Assembly (NCBI RefSeq): GCF_009914755.1
Contig: NC_060935.1
Direction: 5' to 3' (one strand)
Source: the human T2T-CHM13v2.0 reference genome, Homo sapiens
Length of the DNA: 64,000 nucleotides
The notes beneath the pieces are model-generated. The model was not told where the DNA came from, did no database searches, and was given only the letters and a program-made list of their open reading frames with translations. Shown here piece after piece: positions 62,836 through 64,000 of the stretch. The number at the start of each line of letters is the position of its first letter. The stretch's first letter is position 1. The position numbers and the translations under genes were made by a program.

Positions 62836-64000
62836 TCACAAAATGCCTGGCACACAGTAGGCACTCAGTAAATGGGACCCGTGGTTACAGCAGGGTGGGG
62901 CTTGAGCAGAGGCAGGGTCCTGGAACCCAGGCACACAGACTGGCCACGCCCAGCTCGAGAAGCTGCTCTTGCCCCGGCCACACCGCCCTGGACGGCCATT
63001 GGTGGTGCGTGGTGGGTGTCCCTTGTTCCTAGCTGGGCGAGCTGGGGGTGGGGGTCAGCAGGAGGGCCCTGGCCTGTCGCAGGCAGCGCGTGACTCCTAG
63101 GAGGGCTTAGCCGCTCATTAATCACCTAAGCGGGGCTCAGCATTCTTGAAATGCCGGCTGAGGCCAGGGAGGGGCCTGGGCGGGGGGCTCCCGGGGACCC
63201 CAGGGCTCTGGGGCTGGGAAGTGAGGACGGCTGTTCCGACCGATGAGCACCCACTAAAGTGGCTGGCACTTCACACACCTCATCTCGTTTCATACTCAAA
63301 ACAGCCCCTTGAAGCCATAGCTGTACATGTCCCCATTGCACGAATGAGGAGACTGAGGCGCAGAGAGTGCATGTGACCTGCCCAAGGTCACTCAGCAGGG
63401 AGTGGCTGAGCCAGGATTTGTTCCTGGACCTGTCTGAGCTCAACAGGAGAGGGCAGACCCCAGACTCAGGCTCCAGAGGCCTGTGGGAGGGGCCCTCCTG
63501 CCTCAGTGGGGCTGGCCAGCCCGGGTCAGCCGTGTGGGTGGGGCTGTCCTCCATTATCGGGGTTGACGCATCTCCCACGTCAGCCCCCTTATCACCCCGC
63601 CCTCTGGCTCCCCCTGCAAGGTGACCCTGGGAGGGGAAAGGCCGGTACCTCCCCCGTCCTCCCTCATGATGCCCAAGAGCCCTGGCTGCCTTTCCTCTAG
63701 GGGCCCCTCCCCTTGGTGGGGCCGGGGCCAGCGCAGAGGGCCCAGGAGAGGGCGGCAGGCAGAGGAGTGGAGCTCTGGCGGCCATCATTCCCTGCTGGGA
63801 GGCCGGGGCAAGCCCTTCCTTCTCTAGGCTTCTGCCTCCTCTGGAAAAAGGGGGCTAAGTTCCCCCGCCTGTGCCCAACAGGGTGATGGGCATATCCAAT
63901 GAGGGTGCAGGGAGCTCTCCTGATTCTGATCCCCACTCCCGCCTGCGGCCAGGGCCTGGGTGCAGGAGACTCCCACAGCCCTGTGGGCCCCCAGGATATA

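Overview
Human (primate) genomic DNA, GC-rich and dense in Alu/MIR/L2 repeats. It is recognisable as the 11q12.2 DAGLA-MYRF locus. The + strand carries the distal ~19 kb of DAGLA intron 1, all 19 coding exons of DAGLA (exons 2-20) and a ~2.5-kb 3'UTR. By hand the exons join at GT-AG sites into 3129 nt = 1042 aa + stop, with four N-terminal TM segments, the catalytic triad S472 (GHSLG)/D524/H650 and a C-terminal tail carrying PPRLF. About 5.6 kb downstream are the MYRF CpG-island promoter, exon 1a (MEVVDETEALQRFFE), a phase-compatible alternative first exon 1b (MHWLPA) and much of MYRF intron 1. I found no foreign insert and no new protein-coding system. Nearly all ORF-track entries are GC-rich or repeat-derived noise. 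The most interesting unexplained signals are regulatory: a compact HNF4+GATA+2xHNF1+GC-box cluster in MYRF intron 1, an 8-codon uORF before the MYRF start, a strong 5' splice site 3 nt inside DAGLA's start-codon exon, a triple RBFOX motif and an rG4 in the DAGLA 3'UTR, a TATAAA/UGUA-rich non-canonical poly(A) site, a 25-bp homeodomain-site palindrome, and an Alu that carries an inverted copy of its own missing end. Motif calls were made by eye, and repeat subfamily names and boundaries are approximate.
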